A stretch of 64,000 bases of DNA from Octopus vulgaris (GCA_951406725.2 OX597835.1:12586001-12650000); one strand, 5' to 3'. Shown: positions 1 to 13,604, numbered from the stretch's first letter. The notes: a model not told the origin generated them from the letters alone. Numbers and translations are program-made.

Positions 1-206
1 CGTTATCATATTAAACACAAACAAGGAGTTAAAAAAAAGATCTTTTGAAATCTTGCCATTTAATCAAAACTGTATTTTCAAATATGATCGAAATGAACTT
101 AGAAGAGATTGCTTATTTTTCTTTCTTTTAATATGTTTGACAGCTACGAGATGTACTTTCTAGTTTAAGGAAATAAAAGATGAATTACACCGATAAAACT
201 TATTTC

Positions 207-261
<55 letters not shown>

Positions 262-265
<4 letters not shown>

Positions 266-470
266 TAATCCAAACAAGAAAACACAAAAAAAAACACAGC
301 AACGCGAGGACGTGGAACAAATAAAGTATTATTGGACGCTCAGGAAAGAAGGGAAGAAGGAGGGTTTAACGTTTCGAGCGGAGCTCTTCGTCAGAAACAA
401 AGGAGAAGGAAAGATCCCGAGAAGGGAAGACAGAGGAAAAAAATTGCTGGCGGTGCTCACGAGGTCTCAC
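262..470 (-). mobile_element. Short non-coding element carrying a hammerhead ribozyme (Penelope-like terminus or retrozyme-like), between (TA)n and (CA)n tracts
   Basis: Unique ~210-bp segment bounded by microsatellites; contains the hammerhead at 364-398 on the minus strand, followed by a pyrimidine-rich tail running into (TA)n. Confidence 0.6.
364..398 (-). ncRNA. Minimal type I hammerhead ribozyme
   Basis: Minus strand reads GTTT-CTGACGA-A-GAGC-TCC-GCTC-GAAA-CG-TT-AAAC. Stem I GTTT/AAAC, core CUGACGA plus an extra A, stem II GAGC/GCTC, GAAA, palindromic ACGT stem III (dimer type), putative GUU cleavage. Confidence 0.7.
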
Positions 471-642
471 ACACACACACACACACACACACATACATAT
501 ATATATATAATACGCTTTTCACTGACCAACTACTATCAAGTTAATTACGAACTGAGATTATTTTCATTTCTTTTCATTTCAGTCCAACTACATATCTATT
601 TGGGTATCTATTAATATTTCTCTCTATCTGTACATCTGGTGA

Positions 643-1175
<533 letters not shown>

Positions 1176-1562
1176 AACAAGCTAGCTATCATATCTACAT
1201 TCTCTGCTGTATCGCTCTACTCTCGTAATACCGATAACTATTTAAACCTAATAACAAAACTTAAAAAAACAACAACATTAAAATAAATAATGGCAGTGCC
1301 CCAGCTTGGTCACAGCCTTTGGTTTGAAACATGTAAGAGCTAAAAGTGCATCATCTACAGCTACTTGCTAAATATATTTTCACTTTGATTTAATTATCTA
1401 TCGATACATCTTTTAATGCATAAATGCATAAATTTATAAATCTTCATGGCATTGTTTCACAATGTTAAACTTTCCGACTTCAATTCGAACACAGAAAGCA
1501 GAATAATATAGACCTTCTCCCTTTCTCTCTCTTCTGTGTGTCTCTTTCTCGCTCTCTCTCTC

Positions 1563-1776
<214 letters not shown>

Positions 1777-1780
1777 TCTT

Positions 1781-2172
1781 TTAATCTTTTACTTGTTTCA
1801 GTCACTTGACTGCGGCCATGCTGGAGCACCGCCTTTAGTCGAGCTAATCGACCCCGGGACTTATTCTTTGTATGCTCAGTACTTATTCTATCGGTCTTTT
1901 GCCTAACCGCTAAGTTACGGGGACATAAACACACCAGCATCGGTTGTCAAGCAATGCTAGAGGGACAAACACAGACCCACAAACATACACACACACACAT
2001 GTATATACATATATAAGACGGGCTTCTTTCAGTTTCCGTCTACCAAATCCACTCACAAGGCTTTGGTCGGCCTGAGGCTATAGTAGAAGACACTTGCCCA
2101 AGATGCCACGCAGTGGGACTGAACCCGGAACCATGTGGTTGGTAAGCAAGTTACTTACCACACAGCCACTCC
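1781..2172 (-). mobile_element. tRNA-derived SINE, family A (internal microsatellite)
   Basis: Reverse complement of the GGAGTGGCTGTGTGGTAAG...GGTTCAGTCCC (A/B-box-like) head and ...GACTGAAACAAGTAAAAG tail; matches more than 10 other copies in the window. Confidence 0.9.
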
Positions 2173-2432
2173 AAACAATTATAAACAAGGGCAAAAGAAA
2201 AAATGCCAATATGCCGAGAATAGACTTTAAATCGTCAATCACCACATACAATATACTTCTCTATGAATACACGTCGTGGTGAAATCGAGGAAGGCAAGCC
2301 AACAGAATTGTATATATATAGTACGTTTAAATATTTGTTGTGCAAGATTTTTTATGTGAAGTCGTGTGTTGAAACAGATATTGTGCGTGTGTTTTTATTG
2401 GCTAAACTGGCAATATGACCATTCCGAAATAT

Positions 2433-2514
<82 letters not shown>

Positions 2515-2718
2515 AAAGTAGATAAATGAATTATCTTATTTCGGATTATTCAAATGATAACCGATACCCGGGTAGCAAAAATCACAACAGAAAAGCACGG
2601 TTGAGGTTAGGACCATGGGGCCTAAAATCCGTGCCTTAGTGCGGAAATTTGAAGTTTTATATATTTAGTGTAGGAAGAAATGGAGCTGAACGAAGATTTA
2701 ACAAAATTCCTTTTTATT

Positions 2719-2804
2719 ATTTTCTACATATGTTTCAAAGGCTGCAAAGTCCCTAATTCGGATTGAATAAGGAGTCCATTTTGCAGCCTTCTCTTCAGGA
2801 AAAT
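2719..2804 (-). ncRNA. Type I hammerhead ribozyme (mirror copy in the left arm)
   Basis: Reverse complement of 2878-2963. Confidence 0.8.
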
Positions 2805-2877
2805 CCAGGAACTTAATTCTCCAACAAAGTTTGTCGAAAAGCTTGCTGTGCATTTTGTTGGAGAATTAAGTTCCTGG

Positions 2878-2963
2878 ATTTTCCTGAAGAGAAGGCTGCA
2901 AAATGGACTCCTTATTCAATCCGAATTAGGGACTTTGCAGCCTTTGAAACATATGTAGAAAAT
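2878..2963 (+). ncRNA. Type I hammerhead ribozyme
   Basis: ATTTTC-CTGAAGA-[GAAGGCTGCAAA...TTTGCAGCCTTT 12-bp stem II]-GAAA-CATATG-TA-GAAAAT. 6-bp stem I, palindromic CATATG in stem III, GUA cleavage after 2957, AATAAA at 2964. Confidence 0.85.
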
Positions 2964-3014
2964 AATAAAAAGGAATTTTGTTAAATCTTCGTTCAGCTCC
3001 ATTTCTTCCTACAC

Positions 3015-3065
<51 letters not shown>

Positions 3066-3159
3066 CTGCATTCGAGTTATTCCCTCTCTTGGCGTAAGTG
3101 TAGCAAACTGGCAAAACAAACAAAAAATGTAGGAACGATTAGAATAATATTATAGACAA

Positions 3160-3387
3160 TCCTCTTTATCGTATGTACAAGGACTGAAGTTTTGAGGAAG
3201 GGGACTGACTTGTCGATTACATTGACCCCAGTGCTCGAGTGATGTTTGATTTATCGATCCCCGCCACCCAAAGGGATGAAAGGTAAAGCCAACTTAGGCA
3301 GCAATTGAACTCAGAAAGTGAAGACAGACGAAATGCCGCTAAGCCTTATCGTCCGACGTATTAACGATTTTACCAGCTCACCGCCTT
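3160..3387 (-). mobile_element. SINE family B, diverged copy
   Basis: Reverse complement of GGCGGTGAGCTGG...CTGAGTTCAA...CTTTCATCC...CTGGGGTCAATGTAATCGAC; homologous to 15155-15389. Confidence 0.75.
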
Positions 3388-3478
3388 AATAATAATAATT
3401 ATAATAATGAAAAAAAAAATAAAAATAAAAAAAAAAAAAAAAAATAATAATAATAATAATAATAAAAATAAAAATAAA

Positions 3479-3566
<88 letters not shown>

Positions 3567-3639
3567 GAGCTTCTCTGCCCTAGGTGTATGGAAACACTCG
3601 GCGAGAAACGGAAGAAAATTTGAAGAAAGAAGGAAAAAC

Positions 3640-3677
<38 letters not shown>

Positions 3678-3688
3678 TAATAATAATG
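3387..3688. repeat. (TAA)n microsatellite interrupted by a ~74-bp insert (3566-3640)
   Basis: TAA repeats on both sides of AGAGCTTCTCTGCCCTAGG...GAAGGAAAAAC. Confidence 0.9.
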
Positions 3689-4026
3689 GTTTCAGGTTTT
3701 GGCACAAGGCGAGCAATTTCAGGGGGGAGGAGTAAGTCGATTACATCGACCTCGGTGCTCGGCAATAATGATGTCCTCCTCTTCCAACGAAGACAATGTG
3801 TGCGTGTTTAGCTTTGCTGCCGCATGACCTGCACAAATGATTTGTCTCTAGTGAATAAATCTATGTACCGTACATTAGCTTACTCCCCCTCCAATCAAAT
3901 CGACGTTGCCTGAGCGTGTGCAGCATGGTGTACCGCTCGTTAGATATCAGAGGGAATCGCAGGGCAAACGTTGAAGTGTTTTGCTCAAGAAACCACCGAT
4001 ATTGCAAGCAACACGCTAACTACTAA

Positions 4027-4407
4027 GCCGGGCGAAATGCGTAGCCGTATTTCGTCTGCCGTTACGTTCTGAGTTCATATTCCGCCGAGGTCGACTTTGC
4101 CTTTCATTCTCTCAGGGTCGATAAATAAAGTACCAGTTTCGCACTGGGTCGATGTAATCGACTTATTTGTCTGCCCTTGTTTGTCCCCTCTATGTTTAGC
4201 TCCTTGTGGGTAGTAAAGAAATGGGCATTTCGTCTGCCGCTACGTTCTGAGTTCAAATTCCGCCGAGGTCGACTTTGCCTTTCATCCTCTCGGGGTCGAT
4301 AAATAAAGTACCAGTTTCGCACTGGGGTCGATGTAATCGACTTAATCCCTTTGTCTGCCCTTGTTTGTCCCCTCTATGTTTAGCCCCTTGTGGGTAGTAA
4401 AGAAATA
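4027..4407 (+). mobile_element. SINE family B, tandem duplicated body (4027-4222 and 4227-4407)
   Basis: Two near-identical consecutive copies of ATTTCGTCTGCCG...CCGCCGAGGTCGACTTTGCC...GGGTAGTAAAGAAA. Confidence 0.9.
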
Positions 4408-5125
4408 CATAATAATAATAATAATAGAAATTCCTCGCCTTTGTCTGTATCAATTATTTGTAGCTGTTATCCTCCTCGTTTTCAAATATAATTGTTGTAA
4501 ATCTATTTTCCTCGGCTTCCAAATTCTATAGCCAATTACATCAAATGTTATTTTCTTTCTATTTCCCGTTACCAAAATATAACTGCTGCCTTCGAATATT
4601 GGTTTATACTCAATCATTGAACCAGACTATCGATCACAATAATGAATGTTAAATTCGCTAATTATGAACGTATTATTTCCACTGAACTAAATCTATTCAT
4701 GAATACATCTGAAAAGAATTATTTAAGTAAAGGCTAATTATTAAACCAATTAAAATAATAGGACGGGAATTACTTGATAAGGTGTTTCCAAAGCCGGATA
4801 CCATTTTCTTTTAAAACAACGTATAAACATTTAAATAAGTTAGAAAAATTACAAATTTTTACGAGAGTTCAAAATGGCGTTTTGTTTTGCACATCCAATT
4901 ATTTGAATTTTAAATGTAAAGGTGAATCAATGTATAGACATGTTAACGTAACATAACATTTGCGAAAATTCAATATATTTTGTAAGTTAACGAAAAAAAA
5001 ATCGTCTTTTAACATGATAAACTCTGTGCAAAACATACACTTGTGTATGTGTGTATGTGTGTATGTGCGTGTGTCTATATTTACATGCAGACCTACAAAC
5101 ACTCTCTTCTTCTCTTTCACAAACT

Positions 5126-5199
<74 letters not shown>

Positions 5200-5328
5200 T
5201 CTGTCTGCATGTAAACTTGCAAATATATCTATATTTAAATTGTTTTTACAGAACCTGATAATTGCTTATAAATAAGTTTGTAAGTTTGTATACATGTGTG
5301 TGTCAATATCTGTGTACGTATGCTCACA

Positions 5329-5367
<39 letters not shown>

Positions 5368-5924
5368 TAAAAGCAGACAAGTGGGTTATAATGTATTGCT
5401 ACAAATGTTTTCCTAGGTGTTTTTATTGACCCATAAGAATAATGCTCAGTGACTTGCTTATTTGGTAGCCTGATGAGTTGGGAGTTACGTAACATATTAC
5501 GCGATCTAAATTAATTATATTATGCGTGTGTTACAATAAAGATTCCTCCGTCAAACAATTGTAGCAATACCAGACAACCCATTCGCCTGTTTTCATAATG
5601 TTTTTACGCCACGCTTAAGTTTCCACTCATCATTGGATATTTTTGGATACAGTTGGAATTGTGGAAACCCTAACAACAGTGAACTTCCTTCATTGATGCA
5701 TTCTGGGATTAGATAATGGATTATATAACTGTTTTGCGTCATTTTGTTTAGTCAATATGTGGCGTGCTTCACTTTCATATGCCTTGATCCTTTATAACCA
5801 AAAAACTATATATATTTTGCAACCAAAAAAAACTATATATGTATACACACATACGCACACATATACATACATATATAATACATACATACATACATACATA
5901 TACATATACATATTTGTCAGCCTC

Positions 5925-6126
5925 CCCTCTCCGCGCCACTGATATTGTCCAAGGGAAAGGCAAAGGGGCCGATACAGCTTGGCATCAGTGACGTCGCAAC
6001 TCATTTCTACAGCTGAGTAAACTGGAGTACCTTGCTCATGAACACAACACAGCCCGGTCCAAGAATCGAACTCACAACCTCACGATTGTAAACTCGACGC
6101 TCTAACCACTGAGCCTTGCACCTTCA
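5925..6126 (-). mobile_element. tRNA-derived SINE, family C (tail type W)
   Basis: Reverse complement of the GGCTCAGTGGTTAGAGCG...GAGTTCGATTC head and the GACGTCACTG..GCCAAGCTGTATCGGCCCC tail shared with 41261-41618. Confidence 0.85.
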
Positions 6127-7809
6127 TACTTAATATATATTTACACTATTGACAGGCAAGCTATTGCAAGTTTCGTCCGAGATAAATTTCTTACGGGGTG
6201 CTTTATTTAAAGACACAATATATAGATCAGAAGAAGACGAAAACCGCAGTAGCTTGCTTGCGAACAGTGTTTATACATTAAATATGATACATAGATGGCT
6301 ATTTTAATTTAATACTGCTTCAATTATGTACACCAGATTATTTATTCAGTCCGGTAGCTATCTACAATATCAGTGAATGTTTCATTCCCGGTTTCCTATA
6401 TCGAAAGTGATAGGCCTCGCCTAAGCATGAGGCTGCATGTACACGTCAATGATAAGACCAAAGAAAGCTGAACTGCATCCGACGTTTCCGCTGACCGCTG
6501 CTGGGACAATTTTCGTCTCCATCCGATATATACTGTATTTTTAAACATGGTACATCCACAAAAGATTTTATCTCAGATGAAAACCACAGTAATTTGCCTG
6601 TCAACAGTGAATATATCTTAATTATAGTACGTTGATGGCTATTTTAGTTCAATACTACATCGGTTACATACACTGGATTATATACAGAAGTCCTCCCTAC
6701 GGGCTATACATTGCCTAAGTAAGTGGTTTTGCAAAGAGCTAAATATGATGGGACAAGTCCTAGACAATATGGAATGAGTAGCACTTTTCCCCATTCGAAC
6801 AAGTCCAGAATACTTTTGGTGACTTGTGCAGTGTTTTATTAAAGCAGTTTTCTATCCAAAGAAGTCTTCAAACAGGTAAGTTACTGACGAAGGATATCAG
6901 AAGGGATTGTTTGATTCGGCACTAAAAAGAGCTCAAAATGAAAAATAACTCCTACAGTATTCTGCCAAATATAATCAGGTGAGGCCCCCACCCTTCATAC
7001 TTGTGATACATATTCTTGATTTGGGTTTAACCACTGTATTTCGCGGACAAGGATTTTTGTAAAGAATTCATTTCTCATCTCTACTCGCGATCCGGTTTGA
7101 AAAATGAGGTTTGGTGTTTCCGTGTATGGAGGGGTTCACAGCAGCGAAGCTTTTGCTGGTGATTCACAGATGAAAAAAAACCTCCAAAACTTGAGGAACC
7201 TATTTTCCATACTTTAAAATATTCTTTAGTTTCATCAGATAATTTTGAACAACCATAATGCTAACATCAACTTCGATAGAAACCTCTCTCACTGTAATAA
7301 CAGGAATTCTATTTCTAAGAGTTCTCACTAGCATTTCGGCATCCATAATTCGGAAAAATTTTCTCCTCACATCAAGCAAATTGAAATTGCCACGTTTGAA
7401 TTTTTCATTTCATTCGCAGCTTCATTCACTGCTAACCAAAAGCTTTATGAAAATCTCTGGTTGCTTCGCTTGCAATTAGAAACTCGATGAAATTTCTTAA
7501 GTACAATGCCACAAATATTCTCTTTGCTAGGTTACTGCTCAACAGGAAATTTTCCTGAAGGGATTTTACATCAATGAATGACACCAACATTTAGGGATCT
7601 TACAACCCCTCTTCCACCCCACCAAAATGCAGAGACAAAAACAGGTTTCATACTCGTAATACAAAAGAATTTTCCTGACATATACCTCCATTTTTTACGA
7701 CCCTCATCTCGTGTGTTAGAATTGCTAGGGCAATGCCGGGTTATAGGGTGTGCCTGAGGCATTGAAACCAAGCGGATCCTATCCCTCTCCAGATCTGTCT
7801 ACAGCCAGA

Positions 7810-7852
<43 letters not shown>

Positions 7853-7854
<2 letters not shown>

Positions 7855-8048
7855 TTATTTTATAGAAGGAGCTTCTACAGGACTAAAACTGTTTCATTCA
7901 AAAGAAATCATCAGGAGCTTCCTGATGATTTCTTTTGAATGAAACAGTTCTAGTCCTGTAGAAGCTCCTTCTATAAAATAAATTAATTTACTCTGCTATG
8001 TATTGAGTACCTTATTTACTGTGGTTAACCCCGACTCAACCCGGGACC

Positions 8049-8050
<2 letters not shown>
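7853..8050 (+). mobile_element. Hammerhead-bearing fold-back element in (TA)n (64-bp inverted arms 7853-7916/7920-7983 plus 3' tail)
   Basis: Arms differ at one position; (TA)n on both sides; tail has AATAAA and a TACTC...GAGTA hairpin. Confidence 0.85.
7913..7969 (+). ncRNA. Type I hammerhead ribozyme
   Basis: AGGAGCTTC-CTGATGA-T-TTC-TTTT-GAA-T-GAAA-CAG-TTCTAGTC-CTG-TA-GAAGCTCCT. 9-bp stem I, canonical CUGAUGA and GAAA, stem III CAG/CTG, GUA cleavage after 7960; the base of stem II is a U-U mismatch. Confidence 0.8.
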
Positions 8051-8111
<61 letters not shown>

Positions 8112-8124
8112 TGAGGTGAAAACA

Positions 8125-8472
8125 TTCGACCCAAAAAGGATGTAAAGCAAATGAAGCCAACCTCGGTGGTATTTGAACTCAGAGCCTAGAGAACCGTAAT
8201 GAATATCGCAGGAATATTATGGGCCGCTTTAACGACTCTGCCACTTCACCGCCTGGCAGAAATGTTAGCACGCCGGGCGAAATGCTTAGCGGTATTTCGT
8301 TTGCCGCTACGTTCCGAGTTCAAATTCCGCCGAGGTCAACTTTGCCTTTCATCCTTTCGGGGTCGATAAATTAAATACCAGTTACGCACTGGGGTCGATA
8401 TAATCGACTTAATCCCTTTGTCTGTCCTTGTTTGTTCCTCTGTGTGTAGCCCCTTGCGGGTAGTAAGAAATA
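8125..8472. mobile_element. Two head-to-head SINE family B copies (old minus 8125-8254; younger plus 8253-8472)
   Basis: Both match the family B head; the plus copy ends AGCCCCTTGCGGGTAGTAAGAAA. Confidence 0.8.
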
Positions 8473-8909
8473 TATACGTTGCTTCTCTCAACACACATTT
8501 ATTTATATGTAGCCGACGTGGAAAAACAGAAGTTGAGAAAGACACTCATTCGATGGCTGGTGTGATCTCCGTGTGCAATGAGCTTCACCTGGTATGAACT
8601 GAACGTGGTGTGAGCTCTAAGGTATCACACGTATTCTGCTAGTTGTAGCAGGCACGGGATCGAATGCAAAGCAGGTTGAGACGATTTTTTTAGGAATTTA
8701 GTCTGCAGAGAGCTACTACAATTCCACCCCGAGATTTACAGGAGAAGCAGAATCCGGCGGCACAAGTTCGTCGATTGTACAGCGGTATCGTTGCTTACAA
8801 CAGGGATTTTCTAATATCATGCAGCCCCTCGGATCGAAACCCGGATGTCTGGAAAGCGAAGTTGTATTCGACGTGAAAGTGGATTATGATGAGAGCAAAA
8901 TTCAATAAC

Positions 8910-9200
8910 GAAGGTGCATGACCCAGTGGTGTCAGTGCTGGACCCACGATCGCTAAATCGTGGGTTCTATTCTCAGGCCGAGCCGCGTGTTGTGTCCTTG
9001 AGCAAGGTACGCTACTTCCCGTCACTTCTGCCCACTCGGATGAAAAGGGGTTACATCAGCTGGTGGAGCGAGGCATTAACCCTACGACAGATTGACGTCC
9101 TGTTACGGAGCGGGAGGGACTTGTGCTTTCAGTGGCTTAAAAGCCACGGATAATGAAATAAGCTCCAACTTTATGGACCCAGCAGGCTCGAGACAACGCA
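8910..9200 (+). mobile_element. tRNA-derived SINE family C, diverged
   Basis: GAAGGTGCATGACCCAGTGGT...GTTGTGTCCTTGAGCAAG core shared with other family C copies. Confidence 0.7.
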
Positions 9201-10190
9201 AAAATAGAAAAAAAAAGTCTTAATTTCCAGTTAAAAATCTAATGCTTTTAAAGTGCAAATTCTGACAATATTTGCGAATTTCGGTGTTAGTAATCTTCTT
9301 ATTTTTCTTATTTGTTATTTATTTATTTATTTCTAGCGCCTCCAAAAATGTATTCTAATTTCTTAAGTGTTTGTGCATTTCTGTTACATTAATTATACCT
9401 CGAAATGGACAAGGAATCTTTTCAAAAGATGTAGACAACGACTTTGACATCAATTTGTATTGACATATTTTAAGCACCTATTTTTACACGAAACGTTAAT
9501 AGATAACTAAAAGCTGTCGAAGGAGCTAGAAAGAAAGAACAAAAAAAAAACAACAACAAATAAATAAATATATAAAAAAAAACGAAAATCGTGTGTGTTA
9601 TAGTATGAGAATAATATCGAACAATCAATAAATGAAAATTTACCTTTCCATAATATTTAGATATTTCAATGAGTCGAGCAAATCGGTTGTTGTTACAAGT
9701 ACATTCAAGTACATTCAAACAAGGCGTCCAAGGGAACTGGACAAAGAACGTTCTCTTCACGCGCCAAAAAAAAAAATAACTCAAATGTTACGAATTGTCA
9801 ATGTTTATAAATACAAAATGTTCAACAAAAATCTCATCGGAGAAAATATTCACGCACGCACACACACGCGCACACATGCACATACACATACACACACTCA
9901 AAGAGACATAGTTACTTATAGACATACATATACATCATATACATACATACATACATACATACATACATACATACATACATAATACATATATATAGATATA
10001 GATATATACACATACGCATACATATATATAAATGATATATATATATATATATATATAAGTCTGCATGTATATATATTATGTATGTGTGTGTATATGTGTG
10101 TAAAGATACAAAATTATACATTAATATATCGATATATATATATGTATGTGTGTATAAATGCATATATATATGTATATATATATATGTATG

Positions 10191-10236
<46 letters not shown>

Positions 10237-10277
10237 CATATCTCTCTCTCTCTTTTCTCTCTCTCTTCCTGTCCCTG

Positions 10278-10310
<33 letters not shown>

Positions 10311-10465
10311 GTCTCTCTCTAATATATATATATGCGGTTAGGCTGGGATATCGTCTTCAATGATTGTTAATATATTTTCGTGAACAATTTATTTCATTCA
10401 GTATTTTACCAATTGGCCAATTAGTTACATTTTTACCCAACACTGCTTACACACACACACACACA

Positions 10466-10530
<65 letters not shown>

Positions 10531-11626
10531 ACACACACGCACGCGCACACACACGCACTCTCTCTCTCGCTGTGACACACACACATATATACACGCACAC
10601 ACATACACTTTCACACTCGTACATATTTGTGGGGAGACGAACAACTTGGCTTATATCCTCTCACAATTTAAAACATCGCTTATACTGTTGGGAGATCCAG
10701 ATGGTCTCATGTCAGGGTGCTCAGGATACCCTTAACTCTCTACAGCAGGAGAGACACAAGAAACGACGTTGAACATAGAGTTGACCTAAGACCATCAACG
10801 AATGTTGTAGTGAGGGAAAAAAAACCATCAATCACAATGAGAAGAACGACCCATCCATTCCAAAGGACCAAATGCAGGGTAGTGATTTGGTGGAATTATT
10901 AGAGCGTTAGGGACTAGATACCTCGTAGTATTCGTTCCAGATGTTTGCGATCTGAGTTCCTGGGTAATGACATTAATGTATTGCCATGTTTCAAATCCAG
11001 CACGCGAGATTTTACGTACCGTTAGCGGAGTTCACTCGGCTGCAAGCATTGGAGCCAGTTTTCCGGTTTGAAGATAGAAACAGCAGCCAGCCCCAAAATT
11101 TATTATAGATCTCAACTGTACCCTCTCGGGGGATAAAGGCACTATATTCTCCTCTTTAGATATCCGAAACTTAATTTGGACAACATAATATTTAGAACAT
11201 ATACGATGCCTGAATAAAAGACGAGATGGTCATCGCTGGAAAGTTTCGGCGATTAGTTTACTCAATCCGAAGTTGCCCCGAAGTTAAACTAATGCAGCGA
11301 TAATTGAAAAAGCAGGAGACGTCGTTACCTCATCGCCGTTATTACATGTTGTACTATGTGAATAGAATATCTCTTTATTCTACGAACAAACTGTTATTCG
11401 AAGCCATAATTGATAAATGTATCATCAATGTTTCACACTTAACAGACGCATCTTGTCTTGGAGCAGTGAGGAATATTGTTTCGCGCAATGAATAACGAAA
11501 TATGTATGTTGGTGGGGGTGGGGGTTTATGGAGCTGGGTGGGGAAGATAGAAAACAAAAACATAGTTGATAATTTCAATCTACACCTAAATGATAACTTG
11601 AACATACCCATTGATATACAAACATG

Positions 11627-11678
<52 letters not shown>

Positions 11679-11690
11679 CATATATACATG

Positions 11691-11744
<54 letters not shown>

Positions 11745-11773
11745 CATATATACATATATGTGTATGCGGGTAT

Positions 11774-11807
<34 letters not shown>

Positions 11808-11859
11808 GCGTATTATACATATATTTGCCTGTTAGCGCGTATGTGTGTGTGTGTTTGGA

Positions 11860-11899
<40 letters not shown>

Positions 11900-13517
11900 G
11901 CATATTCAGCATCTACAACTACAACAACAACCACAAAATCCATTTTCCTTCCAATCCTGCTTTGGTTTCCATCACTTCGCTCCATCATTTCTTTCACCAC
12001 CATCCTCCTCCTCCATTTCCTCCTCCTCCTCCTCCTTCTCCTCTTCCTCCTCTTCCTCCTCCTCATCATCATCGTCATCGCTCCTTCTATAATATCATGG
12101 TGTCATCACGCCAGTTGTCGTTCAGTATCCTATATCAACGCAAATCTATCACACACGATATTTCGTGTTGTACGAAGCATCCGAGGCGATAATCTTAAAA
12201 CCATCATACCATTACTATCGAATATAGGCTGGCTTTACCTCTAAACATCTATGTTTCCCTTGAAGAAGCTTTTAGCAGTGATTTCCTATCGAACAATAGT
12301 AGTAGTAGTAGTAGTAGTAGGATAAGAAAATATATTGATATTCAATGTGAAGAATCGTGGTATTTCTTTTTTTTAGTTTTACCTAGAAATTTATTTTAGT
12401 CGACTGATATTCCTACTAAACTTCAAAGTGAAGAAAAACACGCGAATTTCTATTAAATTTGTTTCATATGGTATGTAAAAATTTTTTATTAAAAATTGTT
12501 TTTTCTTGGATCGGTTAATATCGTAAAATATTAAAAACTGTCAAACGTGCTGACGTAGAAATGGCATAAAAAAATAATAATTAATGTAAAAATATAATTG
12601 AAGAACTCGAGAATTTTCTTCAAAACATTTCCCTGTGTAGATTTGCTAAAAATAACGCTGCTTCATATTTGATATGACAACACGAAGATCAGAACATTTT
12701 AATATCGTAGCAACTTGGTTGCTGTCTTCATTTCTTCGCCCATTTTTGGTTTGTTTATGGTGTATTGGGCGCATTTTTTTGGTTCAAATAAGGAGAATTA
12801 TTTTGGGTGAATATGAAAAAAAAAAAAAAAAGTGTCGACGAGAATTATTAAGGTCTCAATTTCCAATTTCTCAAGAATTAATATGGATTAGTTTTCAAGT
12901 TCACAAAGAATATTATGAATCAATTTTCAACATGGCAAGGCTTGGTATGAAGAAATTATGCTACACATGTCAAAAATAGGGGGAAAAAAAGCCTAAAAAC
13001 AAAATTAAAAGGGTTAAAAAAAATGAAGAATTTCATTTCAAACTACTCCACTTTGATTTGAAAAAAAAAAAAAACCCAAAAGAACTCTCCCAAAAACATG
13101 TTGATGTTTAATTTTTTTTTTTACATAACAAAAATTTAGGGATTTTTAATGTCAGAGCAGCTTGAATTCTGTCTTCAAGTTTCAACCAATTTCTTTACTC
13201 TGTTTTTAAGTTTGCAAATGTAGAAAATTCTTTTTTCCACATCAGGCTGCAGTAGAGTTGACGTTTCCATACGCGAAGCTTTGAAATCATTCGTAGCTTT
13301 TGACAACTAAAACGAAGAGAGATCTGTCTTATTCTGGAATACCATAAAATGATTCACTGTAGAAGCGAATTCCAAGAATTACCTCTTGTAATACTTCAGG
13401 CTCTTTGAGAACACCATAAATTTCTCTGTTTAAGGAATTATTTATTGCTTTATGCGCGAAGAGTTTACACTCTTCGGGCAATTTTCTCTTCTTTCTATGA
13501 ATATATATCTATATCTA

Positions 13518-13604
<87 letters not shown>

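Larger units (their letters stand above)
2658..3024. repeat. Perfect 171-bp inverted repeat (25-bp spacer) with a hammerhead in each arm; Penelope-like inverted terminus
   Basis: 2658-2828 is the reverse complement of 2854-3024; the right end runs into (TA)n. Confidence 0.92.

Noticed and set aside
5465-5510. CTGATGA...GTAACATATTA hammerhead-like string
   Set aside because: GAAA is mutated and stems I and II do not pair convincingly.
8480-8880. Possible Tc1/mariner remnant (PPDSASPVNL, cf. WPP.SPDLNP)
   Set aside because: A single weak motif with no supporting context.
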